Below, piece after piece: positions 61,501-64,000 of a stretch of 64,000 nucleotides of DNA. Below the pieces are notes generated by a model, which was not told the origin of the DNA, did no database searches, and saw only the letters and a program-made list of their open reading frames with translations. Both the position numbers and the translations under genes were made by a program. The DNA is taken from the IMG/VR virus record IMGVR_UViG_3300035703_000006, positions 124,001 through 188,000 of that record; one strand, given 5' to 3'. Numbering within the stretch: the stretch's first letter is position 1; each line of letters starts with the position of its first letter.

Positions 61501-64000
61501 CCGCAGGTGGAATGAGAGTCAGTGATGACATTACAACTATCAATGCACTTGATGTAAATAAATTGTCTCCAAATGGCACTGATTTTGGTGCTGCATCTTA
61601 TGTTCCAATTGCAGATGGTGCAGGAAATTGGAGTTGGGGAACAGTAAGTGCTGCTGGTGCGGCAACAACAAACGCAATTAATATTAGAGATGAAAATACC
61701 CCACAAGGAAGTGCAACAACACTAAACTTTACTGGAGATGGTATAAGTGCATCGGTTGCATCTGGAACTGCGACTATAACTGTTAATACTATTCAAGGTC
61801 TTCAGGGAACTCAAGGTACTCAAGGATTTCAAGGAACTCAAGGAACTCAAGGAACTCAAGGAACTACAGGTACTCAAGGAACTACAGGTACTCAAGGTAC
61901 TCAAGGACTTCAAGGAACTCAAGGAACTACAGGTACTCAGGGAACTACAGGAACTCAAGGAACTACAGGAACTCAAGGAACTACAGGAACTCAGGGAACC
62001 ACAGGTACTCAAGGAACCACAGGTACTCAAGGAACTACAGGTACTCAGGGAACTACAGGAACTCAAGGAACTACAGGTACTCAAGGTACTCAAGGACTTC
62101 AAGGAACTCAAGGAACTACAGGAACTCAAGGAACTACAGGAACTCAAGGAACCACAGGTACTCAGGGAACTACAGGTACTCAGGGAACTACAGGTACTCA
62201 GGGAACTACAGGAACTCAAGGAACTACAGGTACTCAAGGAACTACAGGTACTCAGGGAACTACAGGAACTCAAGGTTTACAGGGTTTACAAGGAAGACAG
62301 GGAACTCAAGGAACTACAGGTACTCAAGGAACCACAGGTACTCAAGGAACCACAGGTACTCAAGGAACTACAGGTACTCAGGGAACTACAGGAACTACAG
62401 GTTTACAGGGTTTACAAGGAACTACAGGTACTCAGGGAACTACAGGAACTCAAGGAACTACAGGAACTCAAGGAACTACAGGAACTCAGGGAACCACAGG
62501 TACTCAAGGAACTACAGGAACTCAGGGAACCACAGGTACTCAAGGAACTACAGGTACTCAAGGAACTCAAGGTTTACAGGGTTTACAAGGAAGACAGGGA
62601 ACTCAAGGAACTACAGGTACTCAGGGAACTACAGGAACTCAAGGAACTACAGGAACTCAAGGAACTACAGGAACTCAGGGAACCACAGGTACTCAAGGAA
62701 CCACAGGTACTCAAGGAACTACAGGTACTCAGGGAACTACAGGAACTCAGGGAACCACAGGTACTCAAGGAACTACAGGAACTCAAGGTTTACAGGGTTT
62801 ACAAGGAACTACAGGAACTACAGGTACTCAAGGAACTACAGGTACTCAGGGAACTACAGGTACTCAGGGAACTACAGGTACTCAGGGAACTACAGGTACT
62901 CAAGGAACTACAGGAACTCAGGGAACTACAGGAACTCAAGGAACTACAGGTACTCAAGGTTTACAGGGTTTACAAGGAACTACAGGAACTACAGGTACTC
63001 AAGGAACTACAGGTACTCAGGGAACTACAGGTACTCAAGGAACTACAGGAACTCAGGGAACTACAGGAACTCAAGGAACTACAGGTACTCAAGGAACTAC
63101 AGGTACTCAAGGAACTACAGGTACTCAGGGAACTACAGGTACTCAGGGAACTACAGGTACTCAGGGAACTACAGGTACTCAAGGAACTACAGGTACTCAA
63201 GGAACTCAAGGTTTACAGGGTTTACAAGGAAGACAGGGAACTCAAGGAACTACAGGTACTCAAGGAACTACAGGTACTCAAGGAACTACAGGTACTCAAG
63301 GAACTACAGGTACTCAGGGAACTACAGGAACTCAAGGAACTACAGGAACTCAAGGAACTACAGGAACTCAGGGAACCACAGGTACTCAAGGAACTACAGG
63401 TACTCAAGGAACTACAGGAACTACAGGTTTACAGGGTTTACAAGGAACTACAGGAACTACAGGTACTCAAGGAACTACAGGTACTCAGGGAACTACAGGT
63501 ACTCAAGGAACTACAGGAACTCAGGGAACTACAGGAACTCAAGGAACTACAGGTACTCAAGGAACTACAGGTACTCAGGGAACTACAGGAACTCAGGGAA
63601 CCACAGGAACTCAGGGAACCACAGGAACAGGTACTCAGGGACTTCAGGGACTCCAAGGTCCTGCTGCCGCAGGAGGAGGTGGTGGTGGATCTTTAACGGT
63701 TATTGATGACACAACTACAAATGCTACTTGGTATGTTGGAGTTCTTTCTGTTACGGCAGGAACTGCTTCAACCATTCATACTTCATCTACAAAACTCAAC
63801 TTCAATCCAAGCACTGGAACGTTATCAGCAACAGTCTTTACATCTCTTTCTGACCAAACACAGAAAACAAATGTAAGAAAGATTGAAAATGCTTTAGAAA
63901 TAGTTAAAAAAATTGAAGGTGTAAAATATGAATGGATCGACAATCACAACCAACCCTCAATCGGTGTAATTGCTCAGGAAATTGAAAAAGTACTTCCTGA
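55593..64000 (+). CDS. Giant collagen-like tail fibre, >=2802 aa, 3' end beyond the window; C-terminal peptidase S74-type chaperone
   Basis: ATG 55593 (MAKYLSNRQK). All three collagen blocks and the terminal SDQTQKTNV...IGVIAQEIEKVLP are in the same frame. Absence from the ORF track is consistent with no stop before the window end. Confidence 0.9.
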   Translation, partial: MAKYLSNRQKNFKIGISSYTEGKTVLEVSGNVGIGTTNSGGRSLYVIGDGEFTGILTANRIFSSVYGEFIGGITGTNIVGTSLSISGISTLGITSISQLYVSGITTLASDGGITTTGGNLYVGQNLQVAGTSNFIGTAIFRGGTIGIGDSISDNIDVGGEFISNLVPSDDGLYDLGIDGKRWRNAKFSDLTTTTDLYVSGVGTIQNLVTANATLTNINSTGISTFGITEISVNSSSNALTITQTGSGNALVVQPNANGLVVTDNGFVGIRNLTPGEALQVGGNLRIGSSESNYIAFRGTSGDGAGEFDHTYIGERVYEPGTELSELFIFKGNDPDTPSVGPDRIRLAAAEIRLDTYTITTPLYGPFEDAATSVNLDTRVIIKDHGFVGIGTTEPSTLLDVYGGFNVSGIGTIATLDVTTGTIDYLSGTNVFCSGITTLGTLGVTGLTTTQNLQVIGVSTLGVTSATNLITQQLNVSGISTFIGGITGTISTATKLENSRTFEITGDIVASPISFDGTGNVSLAATIQPNSVALGGDTTGDYVQIISGTANQITITGGTGESSTPVVAFAPNPTIPGNVTIGNDLQVNNNLNVTGNITVGGTTGYIIVEDFRVTDADITLGFTTDSYGNDNSTDTTANHGGIAIASTEGNPLVQLVNVAIGESLPATYKKFMWFKAGAFSGLNTDAWLSNYAIGIGSTQFPSGTILSVGNVQFNQNDLSVIRNINASGVVTATRFIGTATSLDIDGLTTIADPQGSDFIALYDVSGAVVGKATIQNAALQGTQGTQGLQGTQGTQGTQGTQGLQGTQGTQGTQGTQGTQGLQGTQGLQGTQGTQGTQGTQGTQGTQGTQGTQGTQGTQGLQGTQGTQGTQGTQGLQGTQGTQGTQGTQGTQGLQGTQGTQGTQGTQGTQGLQGTQGTQGTQGTQGLQGTQGTQGTQGTQGTQGTQGTQGTQGTQGLQGTQGTQGTQGTQGLQGTQGTQGTQGTQGLQGLQGTQGTQGTQGTQGTQGTQGLQGLQGTQGLQGTQGLQGTQGTQGTQGTQGTQGTQGTQGTQGTQGTQGTQGTQGTQGTQGTQGTTGPVAGSANQVVYKDGSNNPAGSNNLTFDGTALYVNQITGPTELIIDPTAIGDNTGAVRIKGDLYVDGNQTYINSTTIELADFNVGVATTIGTNLLLDGAGIGIGSTGIRKTLTYDYINDSLKSSENVNIAIGKTYKIDGTDVLSSTTLGAGVTISNIRSVNPGLIFDRTTYSPTSDDYLLIYDNADNQLKKATIQNAALQGIQGTQGLQGTQGTQGTQGLQGLQGTQGTQGTQGTQGTQGTQGTQGTQGLQGLQGTQGTQGTQGLQGLQGTQGTQGTQGTQGTQGTQGTQGTQGTQGTQGTQGTQGTQGTQGTQGTQGTQGTQGTQGTQGTQGLQGLQGTQGLQGTQGLQGTQGTQGTQGTQGTQGLQGLQGLQGTQGTQGTQGTQGTQGTQGLQGTQGTQGTQGTQGTQGTQGTQGTQGTQGTQGTQGTQGTQGTQGTQGLQGTQGTQGTQGLQGLQGTQGTQGTQGTQGTQGTQGTQGTQGLQGLQGTQGTQGTQGLQGLQGTQGTQGTQGTQGTQGTQGTQGTQGTQGTQGTQGTQGTQGTQGTQGTQGTQGTQGLQGTQGLQGTQGTQGTQGLQGTQGTQGTQGLQGTQGTQGTQGLQGTQGTQGTQGTQGLQGTQGTQGTQGTQGLQGLQGTQGTQGTQGTQGTQGTQGTQGTQGPQGTQGTQGTQGTQGLQGTQGTQGTQGTQGTQGTQGTQGTQGTQGTQGTQGTQGTQGTQGLQGTQGTQGLQGTQGTQGTQGTQGTQGITGPVAGSANQIIFKDISNNPTGSGNLTFDGSNLYVGGNVTIGGTSVLIAANTLTVKDKDIIVGLATTAGGVVISNDTTANHGGIAVASTEGNPLIDINAGVGTDDIPSTYKQLMWIKAGTFTGLNTDAWISNYAVGVGTFDLSNGVRFAAGGMRVSDDITTINALDVNKLSPNGTDFGAASYVPIADGAGNWSWGTVSAAGAATTNAINIRDENTPQGSATTLNFTGDGISASVASGTATITVNTIQGLQGTQGTQGFQGTQGTQGTQGTTGTQGTTGTQGTQGLQGTQGTTGTQGTTGTQGTTGTQGTTGTQGTTGTQGTTGTQGTTGTQGTTGTQGTTGTQGTQGLQGTQGTTGTQGTTGTQGTTGTQGTTGTQGTTGTQGTTGTQGTTGTQGTTGTQGTTGTQGLQGLQGRQGTQGTTGTQGTTGTQGTTGTQGTTGTQGTTGTTGLQGLQGTTGTQGTTGTQGTTGTQGTTGTQGTTGTQGTTGTQGTTGTQGTTGTQGTQGLQGLQGRQGTQGTTGTQGTTGTQGTTGTQGTTGTQGTTGTQGTTGTQGTTGTQGTTGTQGTTGTQGTTGTQGLQGLQGTTGTTGTQGTTGTQGTTGTQGTTGTQGTTGTQGTTGTQGTTGTQGTTGTQGLQGLQGTTGTTGTQGTTGTQGTTGTQGTTGTQGTTGTQGTTGTQGTTGTQGTTGTQGTTGTQGTTGTQGTTGTQGTTGTQGTQGLQGLQGRQGTQGTTGTQGTTGTQGTTGTQGTTGTQGTTGTQGTTGTQGTTGTQGTTGTQGTTGTQGTTGTTGLQGLQGTTGTTGTQGTTGTQGTTGTQGTTGTQGTTGTQGTTGTQGTTGTQGTTGTQGTTGTQGTTGTGTQGLQGLQGPAAAGGGGGGSLTVIDDTTTNATWYVGVLSVTAGTASTIHTSSTKLNFNPSTGTLSATVFTSLSDQTQKTNVRKIENALEIVKKIEGVKYEWIDNHNQPSIGVIAQEIEKVLP
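57930..58817 (+). repeat. Collagen-like block 1 (about 98 triplets, GTQ/GLQ)
   Basis: 9-bp degenerate tandem repeat. Confidence 0.95.
59412..61064 (+). repeat. Collagen-like block 2 (about 183 triplets, GTQ/GLQ)
   Basis: 9-bp degenerate tandem repeat with long internal duplications. Confidence 0.95.
61797..63665 (+). repeat. Collagen-like block 3 (about 207 triplets, alternating GTQ-GTT)
   Basis: 18-bp degenerate tandem repeat; one register break (GT-GTQ) near 63627. Confidence 0.95.

Noticed and set aside
40237-63656. Antisense (YLEFLE)n, (LSTLSS)n and (CSSLST)n ORFs
   Set aside because: Reverse-frame shadows of the collagen repeats.

Overview
64 kb of a T4-like cyanomyovirus genome, probably a freshwater Synechococcus/Cyanobium phage (host is inference). 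(1) 1-5 kb is a photosynthesis island. psbA is split by a 258-nt group I intron (1065-1322). It is followed by a free-standing GIY-YIG-like nuclease, a basic protein with a duplicated motif, a 40-aa membrane microprotein, an HNH/AP2-type nuclease and an intact psbD. (2) 5-12 kb is accessory: a metallophosphoesterase, two tandem paralogous Gly-rich/LamG-like proteins, an HNH, a glutaredoxin and small conserved ORFs. (3) 12-17 kb is the conserved core: thyX, phoH, exonuclease, g33, g59, g32. (4) 17-33 kb is the baseplate/tail cluster: split g53, g48, g2, g4, tail-tube initiator, g26, g51, two large muralytic proteins (one with an apparently circularly permuted amidase), hub, cp12 and a multi-part g5. 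(5) 33-64 kb is a tail-fibre region with three related anchor modules and proline-free collagen-like (G-T-Q/G-T-T) fibres. It includes a >=2802-aa ORF from 55593 that runs off the window and is missing from the ORF track. No tRNA, rRNA or CRISPR array was seen. All family assignments come from motif recognition by eye; no searches were run.
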